DNA from: Mobula hypostoma
Taxonomy: Eukaryota
Length of the DNA stretch: 64,000 bases
Assembly (NCBI RefSeq): GCF_963921235.1
Contig: NC_086109.1
Coordinates: 21,888,001 to 21,952,000 of the forward strand
Direction of reading: 5' to 3'
Shown: in pieces, positions 13,018-25,819 of the stretch
Position numbering within the stretch: the first letter of the stretch is position 1
How the letters are laid out: each line of letters begins with the position of its first letter
Notes under the pieces: generated by a model
The model's database searches: none
What the model was told of the DNA's origin: nothing
Seen by the model: the letters and a program-made list of their open reading frames with translations, nothing else
Program-made: the position numbers and the translations under genes

Positions 13018-13425
13018 GGTTTCAAAGGTTTCAATAGGTACATTTAATGTCAGAGAAACGTATACAATATACATCCTGAAACGCTTTTTCTTCGCAAACA
13101 TCTACGAAAACAGAGGAGTGCCCCCAAAGTTTGAATGACAGTTAAATGTTAGAACCCCAAAGTCCCCCCCAGCTCCCCCCTTCCTGCACGTAAGCAGCAG
13201 CAAAGCAATATTCCCCCCTCCCCCCACCAGCAAAAAAAGAAAGCATCGGCAACCACCACTAAGCACTCAAGCATGCAGCAAAGCAACAGTAAAGACACAG
13301 ACTTGCAGTACCCCAAAGACTACTCATTCACCCGGTATTCAACATACCACAAGCTCTCGCTCTCTCCCTAATAAGAGACAAAGGGGTGTCTCCATTTCAC
13401 AGCAAGAGGGGAGACATAACAAACA
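13018..13425 (-). mobile_element. Non-autonomous retroposon 3' part, same family as 55050-55870
   Basis: Colinear high similarity to 55055-55440, with a (TTGAAACC)-type tail on minus. Confidence 0.75.
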
Positions 13426-13429
13426 AGAG

Positions 13430-13862
13430 GGGGCTTGTAATGTCATAAGGGACCCCATCACCCTGTACATGGACTGTTTGTCCCACTCCTATCTGGGGAG
13501 AGGCTAGGTAGCATCCACTTCAGGCTCATAAACAGATACTTTCCCCAAGAAGTAAGGCTGATCAACACCTCAACCCAATAACCCACCCCTTCATGCCCCC
13601 AACCACCACTATTTCATCATTTCCTAGAAGAGTCACCTTATGTACCAATACTCCTGTGTCCAACGTCACTTTATGGACTTACAATTAATCTATGTACACA
13701 AGATATCTTATTTATTTATATTTATTGTGCTTTATTATTCTTGTGTTCTTTATCTTATTCTACTTTTCTTGAGCTGTGTCAGATCTGAAGTAACAATTAT
13801 TTTGTTCTCCTTTACATTTGTATACTGAAAATGACGTGAAACAATTTTGAGTCTTGAATCTT
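13430..13862 (+). mobile_element. Rex1/L2-like LINE 3' end
   Basis: Similar to 23030-23450, with an (TCTTGA)n tail. Confidence 0.65.
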
Positions 13863-13871
13863 TATACCAAT

Positions 13872-14180
13872 GGGGTGGCACAGTAAGCAGAGTGGTTAGT
13901 GCAATCACTTTACGGTGCCAGCGATCACCGATAGTAGTTTGATTCCTGCCGCTCTCTGTAGTCTGTACATTCTCCCCGTGATCACATGGGTTTCCTCTGA
14001 GTGCTCTGGTTTCCTCCCACATTCCAAAGACATACGTTCAGGACTGGAAAGTTGTGGGCATCGTATGATGGCATCTGAATCATGGCGACATTTGCAGGCT
14101 GCTCCCAGCACTGTGTTGGTCATTGACACAAAATGATGCATTTCACTGTTCATTTTTAATGTGTATGTGACAAATCTTGA
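13872..14180 (+). mobile_element. tRNA-derived V-type SINE
   Basis: A-box-like GGCACAGTAAGCAGAGTGG, B-box-like GTTTGATTCC, V core GGGTTTCCTC..GGTTTCCTCCCACATTCCAAAGAC, LINE-like tail. Confidence 0.7.
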
Positions 14181-15099
14181 CTCTCATCTGTAACCTCAAC
14201 AAGGAAGATGAGGTAGAGAAGGAGAGTGAAGTTGAGATAGAAGTTCACCCAGGGTCTTATGGAATGGCACGAAAAGCTTCGTAGGTCATATGGCACAAGT
14301 CACCTGAGGACTGTCCATGCCAATGGCTTCCACAGGAAGGTCAGTGAGGTCGCTGAATTAGCATTGTGCTTGGAGGACTGGAATCGTTCTTACCATTTTG
14401 TCCCAAACTTATGTTTTCACTTTGGGATGAGGGAGCAAGCAATGTAATTGGATACAGCTGGATGAAGGCTCCTTTGTAAAGAGCCTGCAAGCAACAACAG
14501 AACACTCATCAGATGTGGATGCAAATCACATCCAGACCACGTCACTAAAACAAAGCGTTCTTTATCAAATGTCTTCTGAGCTGCTTGCTTAAAACAGCCT
14601 CCAGAGTCCAAGATGCTGAGGTGCTTACTGACTGCCTGCTTGTTACTTCCTGCCTGCTGGTGCAAGGGCTACCTCTGCACTTAACACCCTGAATGCCAGC
14701 CCCAGCTTGTAGGACTGCACAGTCGGTCAGGTGCCGTTTCAGAAAACAGACTAGTTGTTAAACCCAGCTCCCAGCAACACTCTCAGATCATCTTCAAAGA
14801 TGAGCAGAGGAGATCTCACTGAATCAGAATTAGGTTCATAATCACCAACATTTGACATAAAATGTGTTGCAGCAACAGAACAATGTAAAACCTAAAATCT
14901 ATAAGTTACATAAATAAGTAGTCCAAAGGAAAGGAATAATAAGGAAATAAAACACATAAAATGCAGGAGGACTTCAGCAGCTCGGGCAGCATCTATGCAG
15001 GGAAATGAAGAGTCAACATTTTGGGATGAGACCCTTCATCGTGACCTTTTGTGCCTTACCCCGTTCCAGTATCTGCAATCACGCTTGTGTCTCCATTAA

Positions 15100-15990
15100 T
15101 GAGGTAGTGTTCATAGGGTTGTGGACTGTTCAGAAATCTGATCTTGGTGAGAAAGAAGGTGTTCCTAAAACATTGAGTGTGGGTCTTCAGGCTCTTGTAC
15201 TGCCTCCCTGATTATAGGAACAAAAAGAGGATACGCCCCATTTCATGAGGATGATGGATGCAACCACCCTGAACTACCATCTTATGAAGATGTCCTCAAT
15301 GGTGGGGAGGGTTGTGTCTGCGGTGGAGTCTACAACCCTCTGCAGCCTCTTGCAATCCTGTGCATTGGTGCCTCCAGACCAAGATGTGGACCAACCAGTC
15401 AGAATGCTCCCCACTGTACATCTATAAAAATTCTTAAGAGTCTTTTTTGACATACCAAATCTCCTCAAACTCCAAATGAAGTAGAGGCATTAGCGTGCCT
15501 TCTTCATGATTGCTGGGTGCAAAATAGATTTTCCGAGATGTCAGTGCCTCACTCTTTCCACCTCAGAGCCCTAAATGTGGACTAGTCTGTGTTCTATCGG
15601 CTTCCCACAATACATTTCTTAGTCTTGCTGAGTGCAAAGGTTTTGTTGCAACTCTACTCAACCAGATGATCTATCGCATTCTTGCAAGCCTCCTCGTCAT
15701 CATCCTAGATTTCATCAGCAACAGTGGTGTCATCAGTAGATGTATAGATGGCACTTGAGCTGAGCCTAGCCATGTAGTCATAGGGAGAGAAGGCCAGTAG
15801 GCTAAGCACGCATCCTTGAGGTACGCCTGTGTTGATTAATCGGCAAGAAGGAAAGGTTATTATCAAACCACACTGTGATCGCCTATAAGGAAATTGAAAA
15901 TCCAGTTGTACAGCAGCCCTGGTTTTAAGGATTGGCCATTAATATGACGGAATGACATTGTTGAATGTCAAGCTGTATTCAATAAACAGT
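15100..15990 (-). mobile_element. Rex1/L2-like LINE RT/3' fragment, degraded
   Basis: Minus peptide RRFGMSKKTLKNFYRCTVGSILTG..LQRVV. Confidence 0.7.
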
Positions 15991-16539
15991 AAACTGACCT
16001 ATGTCTTGGAATTGTCCATGTGCCTTAATGACCTCACCCAACTTTTATCCTTCAGCCTAATATCGCTAAGGCTCAGTTGATGTGATCATTGTTACTTTGT
16101 TATTTCTGTTATTTTGCAGTTTCCACATTGATTTCCACATTCCCTAAATGTAACAGTGATACATGTAGCTTCAAAAAGAACGAACTGCTGATAAAATATT
16201 TTGAGATGTTCTGAGCCTGTGAAAAATGTTGTAAGTGCAAATTCCTGCTGCTTATCTTCACACCTGTGAACCTTCCCCCACCACCCCCTAATAGATCACA
16301 CTTTACCATTCAGAAACTCACCAAGTTTCTGATCTGAAAGCAATACCCAACTCTCTCATTAGTTTTGTACCCAAAAGAGGAACAGAAGCTCCATTATGCA
16401 CACAGGCACTAAGGTAAGGTGTCCTATTGAGATTCCACAATTCTGACGATTGACAATTTTTCAGAAACTCTGAAACTGCCTGGGACAATTCAGCCTCTAT
16501 ACAACATGCGACATGGAAATCAGTATTCAACCTCTAGGT

Positions 16540-17075
16540 CAGGGGTCCCCAACCTTTCGTGCACCGCGGACCAGTTTAATATTGACAATATTCTTGCAGA
16601 CCGGCCGACTGGGGGGTGCGGTTGGTGTTCAAGTAGGTTTGCCAACTTTCCCACTCCCAAATAAGGGACAAAAGTAACAGTCAAATACGGGACACTTGTG
16701 TTTACCCCGAGAAATACTACCATGACCATGAAGCCTTGCGCGGGCGCCTGTGTGCGCATACATGACATGCACATGTGTGTACATGCCAATTTTTTTTCTA
16801 CAAATCGGTTTCGGCTTAATCTTCCCAATTCTGTTAAGCGAAACTATACTGTACATACATTACTTCTACTTTATATAGGCTGTGTATTTTATCATATCAT
16901 TCCTGCTTTTACTATATGTTAGTGTTATTTTAGGTTTTATGTGTTATTTGGTATGATTTGGTAGGTTATTTCAAGATCAACAATGTGTGACAGGGAATGA
17001 GGAAAGGTGCAGCTGACTCATATCGTTTCCTCGCAGCTCGGTACCGGTCTGCGGCCTGGTGGTTGGGGACCACTG
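16540..17075. mobile_element. hAT-Charlie (MER1-like) MITE with 8-bp TSD
   Basis: TIRs CAGGGGTCCCCAACC / GGTTGGGGACCACTG. Identical flanks CTCTAGGT at 16532-16539 and 17076-17083. Confidence 0.92.
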
Positions 17076-17789
17076 CTCTAGGTTCCTGAAAATTAGCTCC
17101 TTCCAGTCTCCGTGAAACAAACTGTAAAAGCCACCTCCATATTAAAGAGCAAAGCTCAACATGTAACCTCAATAATGTGATCTGGAAGTCACTTTGCCTG
17201 AAGAACCTAAAACTGCACAGAAACTGGTGAATGAAGCTCTTGGGGACTCAGGAGACAGAAACATCAATTACATGTTAATTTTTTGTTCGATCATAGAAAT
17301 ATAAGAAGTCCTTCAGTTTATCAAGTCATGGTTGTTTTAACTACCCACATACTCTAATCCTACTTTAATCCTATTTTTTCATTCGCTCCATAACATTGTC
17401 ATCATTGTTATCATCTTCAGGTCATGAAATCTCCCCATATTCTAACACTCATGTAAACACTAGAGGCAATTTATAATGACCAATTCACCTACCAAACCGT
17501 ACGTCCTTGGGATGGAGAGGAGACTAGAACACCTAGAGGAAACTCATGTAAGGAGAATGTCTAAACTCCACACCAACAGTGATAGTGGTTTAAGCAATTT
17601 TCAGTCCTTTCCAAGTAAACCCTACCGGCTCCAAAATGCGGACCAATAGCTCCTGTACAAACTATAGTCCATTACTACTCCACGACAGGTATTAACCATC
17701 ACCAGGATGGACAAGGCTACCTTCACTGTGTGATATTGTACAAGGAATCCCGCGCCTCTTACAGTGAGGCGGCAGCTCTATTAAGAGGG

Positions 17790-18087
17790 GGAGGGCAGCA
17801 GGGTAGTATAGAGGTTAGCACAATGTTTTACACAGTACAGGCTAACCGGGTTCAATTGCCTGTAAGGAGTTTGTACGTTCTCCCCATGACCACGTGGGTT
17901 TCCTCTAGGTGCTCTGGTTTCCTCCCACAGTCCAAAGATGTATCCATTGGTAGATTAATTGGTCGTTGTAAATTGTCCCATGATTAGATTAAGGTTAAAT
18001 CAGTGGGTTGCTGTGCAGTGTGGCTCAAAGGGGCTTAGAAAGACCTACTCCACACTGTAGCTCAATAAATAAATAAACAAACAAACA
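17790..18087 (+). mobile_element. V-type SINE
   Basis: B-box GGTTCAATTGCC, V core, (AAAT)n(AAAC)n tail. Confidence 0.7.
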
Positions 18088-19431
18088 TATTTTCCTTACT
18101 ACACATTTAAGCAGGAAATATAACTCAATGAACCAAGGATTAGCAAAGTCAGACTCCTTGTTAAGACCTTCTTGGTATAAGGCAAAGAACTAGTTAAAAA
18201 AAATTCCCCTGCTCAGAGGCTGATGCAACTTTTCACAGAAGGGTCAGTTGTTTGCCTGAGTAAAGGAGGAATTGGGCCAACCCACCCTTTACCAATCAGG
18301 CAGCTCATAGACTACACATGCCATCTGCCTCTCCCCTCAGCCACAATCCTCAAGTGTGCTGTGGTCACTGTTCATGGAGCGGAAAATCAAGATGTGTTTC
18401 AGTTCAGCAAACCAAAAAAGAAGACATTGCAGGCTGCATTAATCACACTGGAAGACATTGAGTACTTCTCAACAGATGATATTGCACAGTCATTTCCTGT
18501 TCTGTTCACCAATTCAAATTTAATGCAAGTTCCAAGAATTTCATTGTCACCCAGAAGAGAGAGATAGATGGCTCAATTGTCATCAAAGCACCCATCATTC
18601 ACTGTCGTAACGTTCAGTCCGTAAAAAATCAGACATGCATTAAGCCCTGTGCAAACCTGTTTTATTCTTGTCAAAGTTTGGACGGGGGTCCTGGTTGCTT
18701 GAGAACACAGCAAATCCCATGAAGTCATGTGGTCAGTTTGTTCCAAGAGTGTAGAGCATGAGTGTTACTCCTAATTCCCATTATAGAAAGGACAAATGGA
18801 TACAATAAGCTGTTGAGAATGTCATAACATCGACATGGGAGAGATGTCACCAGCACAAAGGAGCTTCTGCCCTGTCAGAAGCAGAATCTGTCAGATGAGA
18901 GAAGAAACTGATAAAGTGACGAACATCTCAAGTGAATGAAGGTTGGTGCAACATTTAATGCTGCCATCTCTCAGCCCCAAGAGAACCAAGTTCGATCTTG
19001 ACCTCAGGTACAGTTTGTGAGGAAGTGGGCTCTTTTACTCTAGGAATGTCTGGGTTTGCCTTGAGTGCATTAGGGATACCATTAGGGTTAGGTACTGATA
19101 AGTTAATCAGCTAACTGCAAATAGCCAAAAAAACCTCCAAAAGAACCACAACTTAGTTGTAGAGTTTGGATTCTTGCATGCCTCAATGAACCGGAGAGCT
19201 ATGTTGGCTGGAGTCAGGGCTTTATGCTTTGGCTCTTGGTAGGGTCACCCATGCCAAACAGGTCAAAGGGTAGAGACCAGACATAGAGTGGTCCACCAGT
19301 CCTCCGGGTTCGGAGGTTCAGCTCAGGGCAAACAACCACGACTGGTAAAACAAAATTGTTACCAAAACAGCAATGAAGAACCTTTCTGCATGTGAGTGCA
19401 GTGGTATTCCTGAGTCTCCAGCTGGGACTTA

Positions 19432-21835
19432 AGACCATAAAACCACAAGACATAAAAGCAGAATTAGGCCATTCAGCCCATTGAGTCTGCTCCGCCATTC
19501 CATCATGGCCGATCCAGATCCCACTCAACCCCCTATATCTGCCTTCTTGCCATAACCTTTGATGCCCTGACCAATCAGGAATCTATCAATACTCACTTTA
19601 AATATACCCACAGCTGTCTGAGGCAGAGTATCCTACAAATTTAATACTCCCTGGCTAAAAAAAATTCCTCCTTAACTCTAAAAGGTCACCCCTCAATTTT
19701 GAGGCTGTGCCCTCTAGTTCTGGATACCTCCACTAGAGGACACATCCTCTCCACATCCACCTTATCTAGTCCTTTCAACATTCGGTAGGTTTCAATGAGA
19801 TCCCCCCCCCCCCCACCACCACCACCCTGCATTCTTCCAAATTCCAGTGAGTACAAGCCTAAAGCTGCCAAATGCTCCTCATGTGTTAACCCCTTCATTC
19901 CTAGAATCATCCATTTGAACCTCCTCTGGACTGTCTCCAATGACATCACCTCTTTTGTAAGATATGGGCCCAAAACTGTTAATAATACTCCAAGTGCAGT
20001 CTGACTAGTGTCTTATAAAGGCTCAGTGTTATCTTCTTGTTTTTGAATTCGAGTTCCTTCAAAATGAATGTCAACATTGCTTTTGTCTTCTTTACCACAG
20101 ACTCAAACTGTAAATTAAACTTCTAGGAGTTTACACAAGGACTCCTAAGTCCCTTTGCACCTTTGATGTTTGAATTTTCTTCCCATTTAGATAATAGTCT
20201 GCATTTTTGTTCCTTTTACCAAAAAGCATCATCATATATTTCCCAACACTATATTCCATCTGCCACTTTTTTGCCCATTATTCCAATTTGTGTAAATCCT
20301 GCTGCAATCACATTGCTTCCTCAGCACTATATACCCCCCCCCCCACCTATCTTTCTATCATCTGCAAACTTAGCCACAAAGTCTTTAATTCCATTATCTA
20401 AATCACTGACTAACAATGTGAAAAGTAGTGGTTCCAATACTGATCCCTGAGGAACACCACTCGTCATTGACAGCCAACCAGAAAAGCCTCCGTTTATTCC
20501 CACTCACTGTCTCTTTCCTGTCAGCCATTCCTCTATCCACGCCATTATCTTTCTTGTAATGCCACAGGATTTTATCTTGTTAAGCAGCCTCATGTGTGAC
20601 ACCTTGTCAAATGCCTTCTGAGAATCCAAGTAAATGACACCCACTGTCTCTCACAAACAAGAGAAAGTCTGCCGATGCTGGAAATCCAAGCAACACACAT
20701 AAGATGCTGGAGGAACTCAGCAGGCCAGGCAGCATCTATGGAAAAGAGTACAGTCGAAGTTTCAAGCCGAGACCCTTCAGCAGGACTGGAGGGAAAAAGA
20801 TGAGAGTAGAGTTAAAAGGTGGGGGTGAGGGGAGGGAAAAACATAGGGTGATAGGTGAAACCAGGAGGGGGAGGAGTGAAGTAAAGAGCTAGGAAGTTGA
20901 TTGGTGAAAGAGATACAGGGCTGGAGATGGGGGAATCTGATATGAGAGGACAGAAGGCCATGGAAGAAAGAAAAGGGGGGGAGGAGCACCAGAGAGAGGA
21001 AATGGGCAGGCAAGGAGATAAGATGAGAGAGGGAAAAGGGAATGGGGAATGGTAAGGGGGTGGTCATTATCAGAAGTTCAAGAAATTGATGTTCATGCCA
21101 TCAGGTTGGAGGCTACCCAGACGGAATATAAGGTGTTGTTCCTCCAACCTGAGTCTGGCCCCGTTGCAACAGTAGTGGAGGCCATAAACAGACATATCAG
21201 AATTGGAATGGGATGTGGAATTAAAATGAGTGGCTACTGGGAGATCCTGCTTCTTCCCAATCCTCTGGAACCATGCCAGAACTAATTGATTCTTGAAAGA
21301 TCATAACCAATGCATCTGCTATCTCATCAGCAACCTCTTTCAGAACTCTGGAATGTAGTCCATCTGGTCCAGGTGACTTATCCACCGCAAAACCTTTGAG
21401 TTTGCCTAGCACTTTTTCCTTTGTAATAGCAATAGCGCTCACTCTTGTTCCCTGACACTCACAGACATCTGGCACACTGCTAATGTCTTCCACAGTGAAG
21501 ACTGATGCAAAGTACTTATTAAGTTCATCCGCCATTTTTGTCCCCCATTATTACCTCATCAGCATCATTTTCCAGTGGTCCAGTATCAACTCTCACCTCC
21601 TTTTTATTCTTTATATCACACTGAAAAAAACTTTAAGTATCCTGCTTTGTGTTGTTGGTTGGTTTGCCCTCACCTTTCATCTTTTCCCTTCTTACTGCTT
21701 TTTTAGTTGCTTTTTGTTGGATTTTAAAAACTTCCCAATCATCCAACTTTCCAGTCACTTTTGCAACATTATATGCCTTTTCTTTGGTTTTTATGCAGTC
21801 CTTAACTTTCCTTGTCAGTCATGGTTGTCTACCCC
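19432..21835 (-). mobile_element. CR1 LINE, degraded, inserted in an RTE-derived element
   Basis: Minus peptides MADELNKYFASVFT, KSPGPDGLH and LGLYSLE..DLIETY. CR1 3' tail at ~19432-19460. Confidence 0.88.
20653..21250 (-). mobile_element. Penelope-like 3' fragment nested in the CR1
   Basis: Matches the reverse complement of 39500-39930 plus the terminal tail. Decayed hammerhead at ~20752-20788. Confidence 0.8.
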
Positions 21836-22789
21836 TGCATGACTGACAGTAGTGAAAACTGAGAGGAAGCTACTGACATGATGAAGGAAGCCCTGAACAC
21901 AGCCAGAGGTGGAGGACTTCATTGCTGCCCTAAATGCCAGCAGTGTGATGGGCAGTAGGTAGGATAGTAAACAGCAGAAAAGAATCAAAGAAGAGTTGCT
22001 GGATGTGTGAGAGAGACAATAATTATAGGGAAATACGTGGAGAGGAATGAAATGCTCCTTTGTATGAGCTGACTGCACTAAATAGTGACCTTCTGTGATA
22101 TTTGAAGCATTAAATAAAACATTACTAGCATTACTTGAACAGAATAGTAACAATACTTAAGCCTCCAAGCCAACATTATTGTCTCATTGCCAGTACCAAG
22201 ATGGTGCCAAGCTGCAACTTCTGATGAGATCACGACTCAGGTTAAATTGACTTTTAGTGGTTTTTTTAAGGTTTATCGGAATAGTTTTGGAGACAGAGAA
22301 GGAAATTTGTGGTCAGGTTAGGGTTTAAGAATACTGATATAGGGGAATTAGAGGACAGGCAAAAGTAAGTTTCCGTTCCATGTTCAAAAGCCAGCGACGT
22401 AGACGTGGGGCATTTGCAAACTGGACTGGGATGTCGGGCTGATAGACCAGTATGAACAAGGGGTGGTATTCACCCCACATCACCCCCCTCACCCCCACGT
22501 CAGCAAGCTGATGGCCGGTTCCAGAGATGGAGTTCTATGCTGGCAGGAGGAACAAGATCCAAGGACCCTGTGGGTTTGCAAACCGGTGAGACCTGAGTTT
22601 GAGGCCTTGTCCCATCATTGAGGGGTCCAGAGTTCAGGGCCTTTTGTTCGGTGAATAAAATAAACTAGCTGCCATATTTCTGAAATTACAATGATGATCT
22701 TACATTATTGGCTATAAAAAAATTGTGAAAGGCAAACTCTTTTTATTATACAACCATGAACATTTACATTGCGGATTTAACCCAGAAGA

Positions 22790-23450
22790 CATCCTACACA
22801 ATCAAGAAAGCTCACCAAACCTCTACTTTCTCAGGAGGCTGAGGAGAGCCGAGCTACGCGCATCAATACTCATGACCTTCTACAGATGTGCAGTGGAGAG
22901 CATCCTAACATGCTGCATCACCGCATGGTACAGAAACTGCCCTGCAAGAACCGGAGAAGCTCTACAACGGGCACCACTGGCACCACTCTACCTGCCATCA
23001 AGGACATATAAACAGAAAGGTTCCGGGAAAGGGCCAGTAACATCATGAAGGATCACACACGCACACACCCTTCCCGTGGGCTGTTTATCCCACTCCCATC
23101 AGGAAGGAGGCTATTTAGCATCCACACCATCAGAATCAAGAATGGTTACTTCCCCCAAGCAGTAAGGTTGGTCAACACCTCCACCCACTAACCCACCCAC
23201 CACTACTTTATCATTTCCTGTCAGTCACCTTATGTACAGACACCCCTGAACCTGGCGTCACTTTATGTACATACAATCAATCTATGTAAATAAGCTACCT
23301 TATGTGTTTATATTTATTGTTTTATTAAATTATCATGTCCTTTATCCCATTGTGTTTTTTTCCTGTGCTGCATTTGATCCGGAGTAACAATTATTTTGTT
23401 TTCCTTTACCCTTGTGTACTGGAATTGACATTAACAATCTTGAATCTTAA
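22790..23450 (+). mobile_element. Rex1/L2-like LINE 3' fragment
   Basis: Peptide LYFLRRLRR..FYRCAVESILT..ITAWY. (ATCTTGA)n tail. Confidence 0.75.
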
Positions 23451-23839
23451 TATAATAAAATCATTTAAAGTTCCTCACAGGCCATGTGAAATGAAGGGAA
23501 GTTTGTCTTAAAGGAGAAAAGCAAGAAGCAAAACTGAACCCAGTATTGTAAGGTGATAAACCTGAACCAACTAGTAGTGTACTCCATTGTTACACGATGA
23601 TAGATCTGTACCAATTTTATAATCCTGTGGTATGTAGTGATAGAGCTATCCTCACATGTAATGTTGTACTAACTTATGTCATTGGTAATGTTTTCCGACT
23701 TAAGCCACAATTAACTCAAGAGCTACAAATTACATTTAATGGATGTCAAAATTTCTCCTTACCACCTGACTTTTATTTGCAGCAATCACATGCTTCACAA
23801 TGAAAAACATATACATATCAGCATAATAAGTTTGCATCT

Positions 23840-24410
23840 TTGATGGCTCTGGGCCTGTGTTCATGGTAAAAATGAGGTGGTTAGGGCCTGGGATTTGGAA
23901 GTTACTGAGGTCGGGAGCACGAGAAGTGTCACGGATGGAGGTGGGAAGGAACTGAACCAAGAGAAATGGAATGGAGTCGAGGGATGAGGACACGAGTTCA
24001 GATCAGGCAGAGACAATGGGCCTACATGGACAGTCAGGTTTGTGGATCTTGGGCAGGAGGTAGAAGCCAGCAGTGCAGGGTAAGGGAACTATGAGCTTGG
24101 TGGCAGTGAGTTGATGAGATGAGTGATGGTGTTGGAGACAGTTTTCTGATAGTCCAGAGTGGGGTTCTCTTCAGGGGGTAGGTATGAAAGGGTATCTGAG
24201 AGCTGCTGCCTGGCCTCAGCACGGTAGAGGTCACGGCACCACATTATCACAGTACCCCCTTTGTCCGCGGGTTTGATGGTAAGGTTGGGATTGCTCCCCT
24301 TCCTTTTCGGTCCTGAAGAAGGGTCTTGCCCCTAAACATCGACTGCTTATTTATTTCTATGGATGCTGCCTGTCCCGCTGAGTTGCTCCAGCATTTTGAG
24401 TGCGTTGCTC
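23840..24410. mobile_element. Penelope-like fragment: RT remnant (minus) plus inverted pLTR (plus)
   Basis: Minus strand matches 38540-38950 (LPTSIRDTS..LIFTM). Plus strand GTCCTGAAGAAGGGTCTTGCCCCTAAACATCGACTG at 24310-24345. Confidence 0.7.
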
Positions 24411-25253
24411 TCAAGCTCACTGGTCAGAAGTCAGGGGTTGTACATCTACCAGGGTAGGCAGAAATGTGGAGTTGAAACTGCAGTTAAAGAAGCCACGATT
24501 TATTGTAGGGCGGCACAGAAACGTGACGCTACTACAGGCTTCAATACCACCACTGTCTGTAAGTAGCTCATACGTTCCCCCTCCCCCCCGACTGCATAGG
24601 TTTCCTCCAGGTACTCCGGTTTCCTCCCACATTCCAGAGTAGCTTGGCAGGTTGATTGATCACTTGGGTGTAAGTGGGCAGCACGGGTTCAGTGGGCCAC
24701 AAAGGGTCTGTTACTGTGCTGTATCTCTAAATGAATAAACTACTCCTGGGGTGGAGGTGGAGGCAGATACATTAGGGACTTCGGGTGGGCACATGAATGT
24801 GAGGAAAACGGAAGGATATGGGCATTGTGTTTGCAGAATTGATTAGTTTAGTTGGTCATTTGATTACTAATTTAATTGATTCCACTCCACATTGTAGGCC
24901 GAAGGGCCTGTTCCTGCACTGAACTGTTTTATATTCTATAGAATGGCGGAGCAGGTTCAAGGAACCAAACAGGTTATTCCTGCTCCTGTTTTGTAGCTTT
25001 TGCAGACTACTAAATCCCAGTTACAACTAACGTTCTTGTATTTAACATCCCAGTGCTACACCATGAAAGATCTGGCACACCAGTACTGTTTGGCAGTGTC
25101 AGGTCCATACCTGACCCGCTCAGAGTGGTTTCTTAAACAAAACCCTCACTTGGAAGGGGAGATTTGAAAAAAGAACTGCTGAAAATCTGAAATAGAAACA
25201 AAAAAAAACTCAACATGCCGGTCAGCATCTGTGTTTATAATACAATTAATAAT

Positions 25254-25819
25254 TGCTGTTGTTTGTCCATCGTTGTCGCCGATGAAGACCTCGACACCAC
25301 AATGATGGTGTCGAGACCAGCGCGTGATTTGGATTTAAGTGAAGGAGAGTTGCACAGCGTCAGCCTCACTCTCTCTTCCCAATTCCCATCTGGATCCAGT
25401 GGCAAGACAGAGTCTAGACGGCTGGAGATGGGACTAGGCGCAGTGGATGACCAGGACGTCTTCTGTGTCTTGTCCTGCTCTACACGTTCCACGACGCTTG
25501 CAGAGACCGCCTTCTTGACTGTTGGACCTTCCGTTGGTCTTGTCCGCTCAGTCCACCAGAGTCTGTCTTCACATGCAGGGATAGACAACTCCCTATCTCA
25601 CCGAGGGTTTGAGACCCGTCAGCTACCCTCACCTGGTTTAGCCAGCTTGTCGAAGCCGTTGCCCGGGGTGTGGCTGCTGTCGCATGCAAACAGCTACGGG
25701 GAGCCACAGGTGAGAGCTGAGTGCCAGGTGGGGACCAAAGGTGGACAAGCCGCCCTGAAAAGGACGCGACCTGCTCCCCCACCAGAGGTGCTACCCCTCC
25801 CTGACACCCCATACACCCC
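25254..25819 (-). mobile_element. Full-length non-autonomous RTE-derived element (5' module + RTE 3' end) with 9-bp TSD
   Basis: TSD ATTAATAAT at 25245-25253 and 25820-25828. (CAA)-like tail. 3' end GAGAGTGAGGCTGACGC..CACTTAAATCCAAATCACGC resembles RTE/MAR1-type ends as I recall them. CpG-rich, so probably young. Confidence 0.85.
25620..25819 (-). ncRNA. Candidate HDV-like self-cleaving ribozyme at the 5' end of the RTE-derived element
   Basis: P1 GGGGUGU/ACACCCC, P2 CUCACCUG/CAGGUGAG, P3 GGC/GCC, P1.1 CC/GG, P4 CGGCUU/AAGCUG, J4/2 GCUAAAC, all in canonical order. Confidence 0.6.

Noticed and set aside
13872..13960. tRNA gene (A/B boxes)
   Set aside because: The boxes belong to a SINE head and no cloverleaf can be formed.
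18100..18900. Unique sequence with a 114-aa ORF, possible gene exon or pseudogene
   Set aside because: No recognisable protein motif in the frames I read and no convincing pair of splice sites.
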